64,000 bases of DNA from Octopus sinensis (taxonomy: Eukaryota). Position 1 is the first letter of the stretch; each line of letters opens with the position of its first letter. The notes beneath the pieces are model-generated. The model worked only from the letters and a program-made list of their open reading frames with translations, had not been told where the DNA came from and did no database searches. The position numbers and the translations under genes are program-made. Shown here piece after piece: positions 1 through 12,470 of this stretch. Location: contig NC_043010.1 of the NCBI RefSeq assembly GCF_006345805.1, forward strand, positions 15,314,001-15,378,000, read 5' to 3'.

Positions 1-306
1 CTTATTTTATCGGTCTCTTTTGCCGAACCGCTAAGTTACGGGGACGTAAACACACCAGCATCGGTTGTCAAGCAATGCTAGGGGGACAAACACAGACACA
101 CAACATATACACACACACTTATATATATAATACACATATATACGACAGGCTTCTTTCCGTTTCCGTCTACCAAATCCACTCACAAGGCTTTGGTCGGCCC
201 GGGGCTATAGGCAAAGACACTTGCCCAAGAGGCCACGCAGTGGGACTGAACCCGGAACATGTGGCTGGTTAGCAGCTACTTACCACACAGCCACTCCTGC
301 GCCTAT
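1..306 (-). mobile_element. tRNA-derived SINE family A (cut by window start)
   Basis: Minus-strand head ATAGGCGCAGGAGTGGCTGTGTGGTAAGTAGC with A/B-box-like motifs, internal (TA/CA)n and the family A body seen in >10 other copies. Confidence 0.9.
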
Positions 307-978
307 GTTCTTGATTATACTGTAACAGTGACAAGAAATGGTTGGAGAAAAACCCATGGCAATGTATGGTATGATCACTTCATTATTCAGATATGAATGC
401 TTTAAAGAATATTTGGGTATGTATTTGGCACCAACTGGTTAGAAGAAAATTTACGAGCGCTGATTAACTTTGGAAAGCATTGGAATACGAACGTGACAAT
501 ATTGACATTTCCTAAGAAAAAAAACAAAACAAAATTTCCGACGAGCCAAGGGGAATAATATTCTGTCATAATTTCTAGAGGTATTTCCTGCAAGTCCTAA
601 TGTCTTTTTTATGGAATTTTAATAAGTAACAAAATAGTAATTATTACGAAATTTGTTTCACGTTTCTCTGTTTTATTTTTATGTCCGATCAATATAAACG
701 GTATAGTATTTGCTTCTGGTATTAGGAGCACATAATATAATATCAGTACATATATTTATTATTGATAGAGTTCCATTTCTTGAAGTATCAAACCGAGGAG
801 ACATTGACTAGATTGCATATTAACGATGTTATCTTTGAAAATGCTAACGGCCATATTGTTAATCATTCTAAATCATTAAATGATAATTTTGTTAGCATTT
901 TCAAAAAAATTTTTCGTCGCTATAGATTTGATGAATAGGTCTCGGCGTGAGACTTCCTGTACCGGAAATTTGTGATAT

Positions 979-991
979 TTAACAATTTGTG

Positions 992-1065
<74 letters not shown>

Positions 1066-1297
1066 ATATATGTGTTGATATATATATATATGTTGATATA
1101 TATATATATATATATATTGTGTTGATATATTATATATATATATATATATATATTGATATATATTATATATATATATATTATATACAGACATACATGTATG
1201 TATATATATATATATGTCTCTATATATATATTGTATATATATATGTGTATTATGTATATATGTATATATATGTATATATATATGTGTTTGTGTGTAC

Positions 1298-1328
<31 letters not shown>

Positions 1329-1330
1329 AA
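979..1330. repeat. (TA)n-rich microsatellite
   Basis: Direct reading; one of dozens of such tracts. Confidence 0.95.
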
Positions 1331-1334
1331 ATAT

Positions 1335-2545
1335 TATTAGAGACAAAACCACTATTTTGCAACAAACAAGGAAAGACTTAATCAATACATAAAATTTTAA
1401 TAAATAGTCAAAAAAACCGCCACTACAATCGTTTCTTGTCTTGATCGACAATCTTCAGGTGGACTTCCAATCTAAAAAATCAATATTTTAAAATATAAAA
1501 ATAATAATTTTAAATAATTAAAGTATGAATGAAAAAATAAAAGTATATAATCCATATAACCTATCTATAATCCTATATAATCAATATAAAACAATATATA
1601 AACTAAAAAAACCTATCAACAATTAAATATAAAATATAAAATATAAAATATAAAATATAAAATATAAAACAAAACAAAAAAAATAATAATAATATAATAA
1701 TAAACTATGTATACACCCATACACATATACCTAATTATATATAACCATATCTAACTACATACACTAAATCACACACCTATATATATATCCCTATACATAC
1801 ACATAAAAATGTCTAGGCAACTATAAAAATAAAATAGCTAAATACTTCAACACAATACTTATTCATACTCCCACACACACACACATACAACCCACATTCA
1901 CGCTCTAGAAAACGGACATCACTCAAAACTATGAACGGAGAAATGGAATAAATGGAATTAAAATTTATTCACTTGGTAAAACGAACACTACTTAAAAATT
2001 ATGAATGAACAATGCAATAAAACAACAGACATCGCAAATAGACACAAATTACTACGAATTCCTTATCAAACCTACCATGATAAACAAAAACTCATAAAAA
2101 CATATAATGATAAAATTTCCCTTTACTAAACTCTATAACAAACCTATATAGCAATCCCCCTAACCTAAACATTCACACACAATACACACACGTAAACCAC
2201 ACACCCACGACATATACAATACCCACACCACTTACACATACCAATACATACATATAAACCTCAACATATACTCCAAAAAACCCACTCAACCCCACACAGA
2301 CAAATAACACAAAAATTATGAATGGATTCTTTTATAAAACTACCATGATAAGCTAAAACTCACAAAACAGAAATGATAAAACCTCCCTTTACTAAACACT
2401 AAAACATACTTATATAGCAATTCCTTTAACCTATACATTCACACACAAAACCACACGTAAACCACACACCCATAACAAATACAAACTCCCACCCCACTCA
2501 CACACACCCACAAGTACATATAAGCCTCAACATATACACCAATAC
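1335..2545 (-). mobile_element. Penelope-like terminal region (pLTR/3'UTR-like) with hammerhead and two degenerate ~270-bp tandem units
   Basis: 1335-1470 is nearly identical to 24895-25030; T-rich minus strand upstream of an HHR; abuts (TA)n; tandem units at ~2060-2280 and ~2330-2545. Confidence 0.55.
1420..1462 (-). ncRNA. Minimal type-I hammerhead ribozyme
   Basis: CCAC-CTGAAGA-TTGTC gatcaa GACAA-GAAA-CGATTGT-A-GTGG: full core, stem I 4 bp, stem II 5 bp, near-palindromic stem III, GUA site. Confidence 0.8.
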
Positions 2546-3050
2546 AAATTATACAAATGTGTGTGTGTATGTATGTATATATATATCTACACGCACACTC
2601 TCACGCTCCCAATATTTTGCGCGAGTAGTTGCCAGAGTCGGCGGAGCGTCGGGCGCAATAAATTCTGGCCTTTAGCTACATTCATTTATATTCACCAAGT
2701 CTACTTTGATTTTCATCGTTCAATAGAAAATATAGGTTCAACTAATGTAGAAAACGGAATAGAGAATAAATCAATGCAAACTGGTTTTCTATACAGAACG
2801 GATATACATTTACTACTTGCCACTAACTAGGTGCTGACTGTGACAAGCCCTAGTGACAAACTAAAGGGGATAATAAAAGAGCGTACTTTTCGGCGTTAAG
2901 CCATGTTATATGGAAGATAGTGTAACTGTTTTGAAACATAGTTGTCCTACAAATATAAATATTGATCAAGTAACATGATACATACATACATACATACATA
3001 CATACATACATACATACATACATACATACATACATACATACATACATACA

Positions 3051-3348
3051 TGATGGCTGCCCCCTCGTTATCGAGTATGGCCATTGCACGAAGCTTTATC
3101 TGTTACTGGTGATGTGATCGAATGTGACTTTTTAGCCCAGCTAAAGATCTACAATGCCTTGTACAGAATTGGCATCTAAAACCTTTACCGGTAATAGCCG
3201 GCTGTAGTTGTAACTGGACTTCATGTACCTTTGCATATCTTTTAAGTCCTCCTGCCGAATTACACTCTCTTCCACATGCCTGACAGATATGATTAGCATG
3301 GTGTATTACACCACCACCAGTGGCCAGGTTGTCACTCATCTGTCTCGC

Positions 3349-3350
<2 letters not shown>
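3051..3350 (-). mobile_element. RTE-clade LINE 3' fragment with C-terminal C2H2-like fingers and (TGTA)n tail
   Basis: ORF end CQACGRECNSAGGLKRYAKVH...CQFCTRHCRSLAGLKSHIRSH*, short 3'UTR, (TACA)n on both sides. Confidence 0.7.
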
Positions 3351-3380
<30 letters not shown>

Positions 3381-3862
3381 CATACATACATACATACATA
3401 CAGTAGGTTGCAATTGCAACGGTTGTTAATCAATGCAGTAGAAAAATATGTGGGTTTATTTGAAGCTGTATATATATATATATATAGGAATAAAAAAAAT
3501 GCTATGCTACTTCGTGTACAAACACGTGAATATGTGCGTTTTCATATAAGTTTCAGTGTGTGCCTCAATATAATATATGAAATTTAACTACTATTTGCCT
3601 TCAGCAGAATGTTTGGAATTTATCTCTAAAGTGAAGAAAAGAGTCTGTAATAATCGATTCTATTGACTATTGTGTATTTATAAATGGGGATTTATCTTTT
3701 TAACAATGTGAAGCAAAATGAGGTATGTTGTCTGTGAAGCAAGGTTTACAAGCCGGCAAACTTAGGGATATAAAGGTGTGCATCATCAAACATCATGATA
3801 TCGAAATAAATGCCAAACACCAAGCTTCACGGCTATGTATATTGTGTAGTTTCTGTTGTAAT

Positions 3863-3933
3863 AGTAGCGTGTTTAAACTATGGGCTATGAAGCAGCGCCG
3901 CTGCTTCATAGCCCATAGTTTAAACACGCTACT
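3863..3933. other. Perfect inverted repeat, 35-bp arms, 1-nt spacer
   Basis: AGTAGCGTGTTTAAACTATGGGCTATGAAGCAGCG-C-exact reverse complement. Confidence 0.95.
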
Positions 3934-4522
3934 GATGTCTATTGGAGCTCTGATGTCTGCTAAATCGTTTCTCAGAGTAGCATCGAGTGTAGTAGCAGCC
4001 TTGTTCCAGAGACAGCATGTAAATGTTCAGGAACTGATGTAATAATCAGATTGGTTGTGAAAAGGGATGCCTGATGGTATAGCAGCATACTAATCAGTTA
4101 TCTTTTGAAGATCAATTTGATTAATTCGGTCATCGATTAAATAAGTGTGCATGAATTGCCATCACGACTACAGCACGAATTGTTGTTCTTGATATTGGAA
4201 GCGTTAGCTAGAGTAGTCTTACCAAGGTTGCTTCTTACAAGACGTAACAGCAATCTGTAAAGCAGCATTCAAATGGTGAAAGCGAATGTTTAATATGACA
4301 CTTTATAATTATTATAAAATATTTCCTCAAAAAGCAATAAGTGGTTATCATGTTTAATCGTCGTCCCTGTTGACATTGCCCCCAAAAAGAAGCTTTCCCT
4401 TGTGTCGTTGCCCTGGTTTGCGTCATATTGTCATCGAAGGATTTTTGAGTAGATGATACTACAGAGATTTCTTTTGAAAATACCATTGTTCCTTTTACTC
4501 AGATATTTACCAATACGCACGC

Positions 4523-4556
<34 letters not shown>

Positions 4557-4663
4557 CACACACACACACACACAAACCACAACACACACACATCTATGGG
4601 TAGCTAGGTAGTTGCTTTATTAGATCTTTTGTTGTCACAGAGATAAATACAAATCAATAGAAT

Positions 4664-4846
4664 ATAGGCGCAGAAGTGGCTGTGTGGTAAGTAGCTTGCT
4701 TATGAACCACATGGTTCCGGGTTCAGTCCCATTGCGTGGCACTTTGGGCAAGTGTCTTCTACTACAGCCTCGGGCCGACCAAAGCCTTGTGAGTGGATTT
4801 GGTAGACGGAAACTGAAAGAGCCCGTCGTATATATGTAAATGTATG

Positions 4847-4905
<59 letters not shown>

Positions 4906-5143
4906 TGTGTGTGCGTGTGTATGTGTGTTTGTATATATGTTTGTGTGTCTGTGTTTGTCCCCCCCAACATCACTTGACAAGCGATGTCGGTGTGTTTACG
5001 TCCCCGTAACTTAGTGGTCCGGCCAAAGAGACCGATAGAATAAGTACTAGGCTTCAGAAGTCCTGGGGTAGATTTGCTCGACTAAAGGCGGTGCTCCAGC
5101 ATGGTCGCAGTCAAATGGCTATAACTAGTAAAAGAGTAAAGAG
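4664..5143 (+). mobile_element. SINE family A, full length
   Basis: tRNA-like head, internal microsatellite, tail ...GGCGGTGCTCCAGCATGG...AAAGAGTAAAGAG. Confidence 0.9.
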
Positions 5144-5257
5144 CAATGAGAATAATTGTTGGTGTTGTCAGCTATCACCCTAAATGTTGTGCGCCATGGG
5201 AACGCTCAAATGTTTGAGACCGACAAAAGAATGCATATATACACTTATCTGGCATGC

Positions 5258-5558
5258 TGTTGGTTACGGTGGCAAGAGTTCCAGTTGATCTGATCAGCTG
5301 ACTACTCTGCTCGTGAAATTAACATGCAACTAGCTGAGCACACTACAGACACACGCACCCTTAATGTAGTGCTCAAGTAGATTCAGCGTGACACAGAATG
5401 ATGTGTCGAGGTTGGCTCTTTGAAATACAGATACTGCTTATTTTTGCTAGCTGAGTGGATTGAAATAACATGAAATAAAGTGTACAACATGTCTCGAGAA
5501 ATCTAGCTCATGTCCTTTTGATAGTGGGCTGAATACCCTAACCACTAAGCCATACGCT
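5258..5558 (-). mobile_element. Degenerate SINE, family D head with family B tail
   Basis: Head resembles 25668 element; tail resembles 21020/43854 copies. Confidence 0.65.
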
Positions 5559-5571
5559 TTCAATATATATG

Positions 5572-5943
5572 TGACGTCTAGAGATTTGCCTTTAGGTAAT
5601 TAACTTGCTAATGAGCCACCCATATTACTTATACTCATCTCTTCTATCGTTTTTGAAATCAGTGTATGAGTACAGCGGTTTCTTTATAAGCTGACAAGGT
5701 GAGTTCAGTTTAACCGAAGACGCAGGAAGAGCCACTGATGAGAATTAAGATGTTCTGCTTCAAAATTCGAAATCGCCGGTGATCTGGCTACGTCGGAAAA
5801 TCAACTCCTTTGTCAGTCATTAAGACAGGGCATTTGACTCTTATTTCTAGCAATGCGGGTACTGTATGGTATACTCTGTCACTTTACTGACGTCTACAAA
5901 TTTACCTTTAGGTTGTTAAATTGCTTATAAACCACCCATATTA
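5572..5943 (+). mobile_element. Candidate retrozyme: 316-bp unit plus 56-bp terminal direct repeat, with central hammerhead
   Basis: Direct repeats 5572-5627 and 5888-5943 (47/56 identical); HHR at 5730-5789; flanking inverted pairing 5691-5705 with 5803-5816. Confidence 0.6.
5730..5789 (+). ncRNA. Canonical type-I hammerhead ribozyme
   Basis: AGCCA-CTGATGA-GAATT(17 nt)AATTC-GAAA-TCGCCGGTGAT-C-TGGCT; all core nucleotides, G10.1-C11.1, AUC site after 5784. Confidence 0.88.
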
Positions 5944-5959
5944 TACACACACCACATAC

Positions 5960-5999
<40 letters not shown>

Positions 6000-6021
6000 A
6001 TATATATATATATATATATAT

Positions 6022-6182
6022 ACGACGAGCTTCTTTCAGTGTTCGCCTACCAAATCTACTCAGCAGGCTTTGATCGGCCCGAGGTTATAGTAGAAGACAC
6101 TTGCCCAAGGTCGACGCAGTGGGAACGAAACCGGAACCATGTGTTGTAAGCAAGCTACCTACCACACAGCCACTCTTGCACC

Positions 6183-6185
<3 letters not shown>
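6022..6185 (-). mobile_element. SINE family A, 5' half
   Basis: Degenerate head and body. Confidence 0.85.
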
Positions 6186-6216
<31 letters not shown>

Positions 6217-6597
6217 ATATATATATTATATATTTATATATAACTTAGCCGTCACAGCCTAGTGTAGCTTGTACCACGCTTTCGGTTATTGCTTCACATG
6301 TATATAAAATGGCGAGTAGACATAGAGAGAGAAAGAGAGGAGGAAGAAGGTGGGAGAGAGACGGACAGACAAACAGACAGAGAAATTGAGGGTGGGGATG
6401 GACGCGGGCAGCGGTAATCAAATGGCACGCATTTTTGGCTGATTATACTGGAGCAACGGGAAACTATTTGTCTTTCTCAAGGGTACAAAGTACTGGCCAG
6501 TCAAGGGATCCTGAGCCCCGACCAATACTAATTATTACGTCACGCCTCTTTACCAGTCACACACGCACACACAGATAGATATATACATACATACATA

Positions 6598-7156
6598 GTG
6601 GCTGCCCCCTCGTTATCGAGTATGGCAATTGCGCGAGGGCTTAATCAATGTTGTTATTGTGCAATGCCTGTGCAAGAAGATTTTTTTAAGTGAGGAAAGA
6701 CTGTGCACTGAGTCAATCCCACTCACTAAGCAACAGCAGCCATAATCTGAAAAGAAGAACAAGTCAACATCATCGGTAACCACTGAGCCACAGGTTTTAT
6801 GTCGGAGTTATCCTAGTTACCTGAGTTACCTGAGTTACCTTCTCCTAGAAGGATGCCCTTACAAACGCTAGGAGTCCTTCACTCCCAGTGGTTTAACCGC
6901 GCAATCGGGTATTCAGTCCAATTATTTCTATGTCCCCCGCATGATACAGCCTTAAGACATTTATTGGATGGCCGTTGACTCTCAAGAGTTCCTCCGCCCT
7001 TTGACGGCTTTTGTTATTCATACGCAGGGTGTCCAAAAAATACCCTCCTCACCAAGCAAGCTTGGTGGGGTTGCCGGTTTAGTCACAGACAACCCGACCA
7101 TGCAACATGTTGTACTGCGTTACATGTTACCAGTAGCACTCGAAAGTGACCTGACC
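6598..7156 (-). mobile_element. Non-autonomous bipartite RTE-like element (5'UTR-like part joined to RTE 3' tail)
   Basis: 27-nt tail GGCTGCCCCCTCGTTATCGAGTATGGC identical to 3055-3081; no ORF; RTE-5'UTR-like motif AAGGGCATCCTTCTAGGAGAAGGTAACTC (family resemblance from recall); (TACA)n on both sides. Confidence 0.6.
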
Positions 7157-7766
7157 TACATACATACATACATACATACATACATACATACATACATACA
7201 TACATACATACATACATACATGCATACATACATGAATGCATACATATGTATGTATATAACATGGTGAATTTATGGAATGAAGTCACATAAAATTGAACAA
7301 TTTGGTTAAAAATGGAAGAGACAAGTTGTTAAAATATATAAGAAGTTCAGTTCTCGTAGACGGTCATTTTATACAGGGACATGATTGAAGTAAATCAATT
7401 AATTACGTTAATTACATTAATAGCATATCAAGTTACTCTTCGGTTCAGGAATTATAAGCCATAATGCAAAGAATTTGAGAAGGAATATAGCAGAAAAATT
7501 GAACCAAGGAGATTCATATTTTTATCTGTGTGAGAAAGAGACGTGAGACATGTCGGATATAAAACCATAACTAACGGCTACAACAGATATTTGAAGATAT
7601 AATTAAAGAGGTATCATAGACGTTCCCTCTTCAGATGAGTGTGGAAATTTGAGATTTAAATTCCAAATGCGTATGAAGAATCAACATTAGATACCTTTAT
7701 TGGAAACCTCTAAATTAAAGGACGAATCCACATTCAACTTTTATAGACCTATATTTCATATTTATG

Positions 7767-7840
<74 letters not shown>

Positions 7841-7987
7841 CATTATCTATCTGTCTATCTATCTATCTATATATATATATATATAATATATATATATATA
7901 TATAGTATATATATTCATATAATATGTATATATATATGTATATATATGTATATGTATATTATCATATATATGTGTATATATTATGAT

Positions 7988-8084
<97 letters not shown>

Positions 8085-8100
8085 ATATATATATATATGT

Positions 8101-9756
8101 CTTAGCGGCGATAAACGAAATAAAACACAATTCAGCAGTGGGCCCCGATAGGTTCCTGCTTGTGTCCTGAAGGTGTGTCGACACCAACTTGCATCTCCCC
8201 TTGCTAATCTGTGGAGAAACTCACTGGATGCTGGCTATATTCCAAAAAAACCTTCTGTCCCAGTCTGGTGTCCCAGTTTTCAAAAAGGGAAAAAAGTCCC
8301 TTGCAGTGAACTACCGTCGATCTCACTCACCTCATATCATCAAGGTATTGAGAGAGGGTGGTGAGATCTCGAATAACCCAATTTCTGGAAAGCAACAGAC
8401 GGCTGATCTCCAACCAACATGGGTTCCGTAATGGAAGGGACTGCCTAACGCAGCTCCTGCATCACTTTGATGACATTTTGAGAGCTTTGGGAGAGGGCTC
8501 CAACACCGATGTCATCTACCTTGATTTCAGTAAGGGCATTCGACAGGGTCGATCACAAGATCCTATTGAAAAAACTATCCAACATTGGTGTCTCTGGAAA
8601 GGGAAGTTACTGAAATGGATCATGTGTTTCCTGACAGACAGATCTCAACATGTTGTAGTTGAAGGGGGGTAAAATCAAGCCCAGCCAAAGTCAGTAGTGG
8701 CGTTCCGCAAGGCACTGTGCTGGGCCCACTTCTTTTCATCATTTACATTAATGACATTAATGACATCATCAAGCACAGCAACATAAACATTTTTGCAGAT
8801 GTTTCCAAGCTACAGAAGGTCATAAATGAGGCGAGTGACCAGACATGCCTTCAGTCAGATCTACTGGCTGTTATCCAATGGCAGAAAAAAACAATATGCT
8901 GCTGAACGAGGATAAATTGAGTTAATCCACTTTGGAAAAGAGGATGCCCTGAAACTCCCATACTCCCTTCTTTGGTGAAACTCTCGCAGCGTCCAACAAC
9001 ATCAGAGACTTGGGAGTAATTGTGGACACAACATAAGCTGGGCCACTCATATAAACACCAAAGTTGACATGGCCCGCAAATGTGTTCCTGGATTCTCAGA
9101 ACTTTCCAGTCGAGAGATATCCACACCATTATCCTTCTCTTCTCCACTTTTGCCCGACCCCACCTTGAATACTGTTGTCCACTGTGGTCTCCCCACACAA
9201 TACAAGGTATCATAAACGTTGAAGCACCTCAAAGGGCAATAACAAAAAGATAGATGGCATGACAGGCCTCGACTATGGGGTCGACTAGAAAAGCTAAAAC
9301 TTATTCTCTCCAACGTCGTCGTGAGCGCTACATCATCTGCATGATGTGGAAAATATTCCATCAGCATTGCCAAATGATGTTGGCATCACCTTCAGGGTAC
9401 ATCCAGGTGGGGCCCCGTGCCATCCGCCCAAAAAACAAAAATGCACTCTCATCTCATAACAACAATACGGCACAATTATTTCACCTCATTTGGCCCCGCT
9501 CTCTTTAACATTACACCAAAACACATTAAAACAGAAACTGACCCTATAGGGTTCAAGAAGTCTTTGGACAGATTCCTTCAAGAAATCCCGGATAAACCCC
9601 TACACCCGGATATGTCTCTGTAAACAATAACTCTCTACTTGAGTGGGCCATAGTGCCCAATTCTGACTTGAAAGACTTCACCAGGTGGTGTGCTATTAAG
9701 TTAGACATGGCCTGGGCCAATAATGGCCGAAACCTATCAAAGTATCAAGTATCAAA

Positions 9757-9760
<4 letters not shown>
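8101..9760 (+). mobile_element. CR1-clade LINE, 5'-truncated and frameshifted reverse transcriptase
   Basis: [75 protein letters not shown]; (AAGTATC)n tail. Confidence 0.92.
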
Positions 9761-9817
<57 letters not shown>

Positions 9818-10273
9818 TATGTATACAATATGTAATGTAGCATGACCGCAGCTCTGAGCTGAAAACTAAGAGAAAAAATATCAAACGAGACAGACAGAGA
9901 AAGAAAGAAAGAACGAAAGACACACAAAGAATAAGAGGCACAATGGTGTTTTGGGAAGGCATTTTTGTATGAAGAGAAACCCTGCTTGAAACGTCAAAAA
10001 ACGCTTATCTTCCCGCCACCCACTTTAAGCCTTCTATTTCTTTCCATTACGATGAATTATAGATATGACAAAGATTTGTATTTACCGTTCTTCTTCTCCG
10101 ATGGAGTGGTGCTGGCTTCCACCACAAGGATCGCTAGAGCACAGAGAATGATATAGCTGGCATTCATATTAGCAGGTTGTTAGATTTTTACTGAACTATC
10201 AAGTCAAGAGTTCTGCATTTAATATATCTATATCTATATCTTATCTATATCTATATCTATCTATCTATCTATC

Positions 10274-10350
<77 letters not shown>

Positions 10351-10481
10351 GTTATATATATATATACATATATATATATATAGATATACATATATATACA
10401 TATATATACATATATATATACATATATATATAATATATATACATATATATATATATATCATATAATATCATAGATATTATA

Positions 10482-10512
<31 letters not shown>

Positions 10513-11152
10513 TCATACGTACATTGTATATATATGTGTCTATATATTATATATATTCATGAGGTTCTGGGCCTTTTCTTTTATTTCATTTGATAAAAAA
10601 AAAGAGAAGACGAAGAAAGTAAGGAAGGGTGGAGATTTTCAGGGGGAGATAGAGAAAGGGAAAACCGAATGGAAAAAAAAAGAGAGAGAAAATACGTAGA
10701 CACAAATTTAGAGAAGCGAAGATGTTAAGACAAATTCAACATGGCGACTGAATTTCATCCGATCAATATGTAGTCTGTGAGTATTTCGGATGTGAACAGC
10801 TCGGCTTGAAAACCTAACGTAAACACGTGGATTAACCCTTGTATACAATTAGTAGCTATCAGTCACTCCTCACCTCACAACGCCAGACCATGTCAAATTG
10901 TATCATACCATATCAGCCCAGACATCACCGAACATTCACATCACGTCTTCAAACAATGCATTATATTGAATTAATAACTTAATTCTGTGCAGCAATTTGA
11001 TCTGCCTGCAATGGCAACTGAATTTTCCTTGCACTGCATGTGCATGGCGAAGTCAGCAGCCGCTATGTCTTGATAAATATACCACGTTTCCGCTATATTT
11101 TAAGTGTCTGTGTATCCTCGAGTAGATGGTGTATATACATACATAAATACAG

Positions 11153-11183
<31 letters not shown>

Positions 11184-11214
11184 TTATATATATATATATA
11201 TAATTATATATAGG

Positions 11215-11400
11215 GAGAGTTTACGAAAAAAAACAAAAGACGAAGACAGGTGGTGTACAAAAAGCAAACAGATGTATTAGTATAATGCTCAGGAATAGAA
11301 AAATCTTTTATGTTTCGAGCCTACGCCCTTCTACAGAAAGGGACACAGAAAAGCAAGGAGAGAAACAAGGAGAGAGAAAAAATGTGTGTAGTGGCTAACG
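11215..11400 (-). mobile_element. Penelope-like end family F with HHR-like motif
   Basis: Homologous to 30261, 37072, 40455 and 46503 copies; abuts (TA)n. Confidence 0.6.
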
Positions 11401-11409
11401 ATATACGTG

Positions 11410-11485
<76 letters not shown>

Positions 11486-11581
11486 TATATATATATGTAT
11501 ATATTTATACACACACACACACAAACGCACACATATACGTATGGCAATGCAAACAAGAAAAATAGAAATCAAAATATTGGT

Positions 11582-11801
11582 TTTCTTTTATCCTTTTTCT
11601 TGTGTCAGTCATTTGACTGCGGTCATGCTGGAGCACCGCCTTTAGTCGAACATATCGACCTCAGGACTTATTCTTTGTAATCCTAGTAAATATTCGACCG
11701 GACTCTTTTACTGAACCGCTATGTTACGGGGACGTAAACATACCAACATCGGTTGTCAAGCGATGGTGGAGGGACAGAGACAGACACACGCACATAAATA
11801 T

Positions 11802-11852
<51 letters not shown>

Positions 11853-12030
11853 ATGTATATGACAGGCTTGTTTCAGTTTCCGTCTACCAAATCCACCCAT
11901 AAAGCTTTGGTTGGCCCGAGGCCATAGTAGAAAACACTTGCCCAATGTGCCACGCAGTGGGACTGAACCCAAAACCATATGGTTGAGAAGTAAGCTTCTT
12001 ACTACACAACCACTCCACTCCTGCGCCTAT
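11582..12030 (-). mobile_element. SINE family A, full length
   Basis: Head at 12030, tail at 11582. Confidence 0.9.
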
Positions 12031-12438
12031 ATAAATGTATATTTCATTAATAATTGATAAGTGCCAATACACGAGACTCTCGTACATTGAGTCACTGAGT
12101 TGGTTCGGCTAAATGTTAGTGTGTGTGTTTGTATGTGAGTGTGTGTGTGTGTGTGTTTGTGAGTGTGTGTTTGCATATATATATATATATTCATATGTAT
12201 ATATATATATATATCTTATATATATATATATATCTTTATATATACATATGTATATATATATCTATCTTTATATATATATATATATATACATATATCTTTA
12301 TATATACATATGTATATATATAATATATATAATATATATACATCTATATATATATATATATAATATATATATATCTATATATATATATATATATAATATA
12401 TATATATATATTAATATATATATATATATATATATATC

Positions 12439-12470
<32 letters not shown>

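Noticed and set aside
2600-2700. GC-rich patch as a promoter or first exon
   Set aside because: No linked ORF, splice pattern or recognisable motif.
3103-3399. Host C2H2 zinc-finger gene
   Set aside because: No TGEKP linkers; it ends in a retroelement-type 3' tail shared with 6598 and is 5'-truncated inside a microsatellite.
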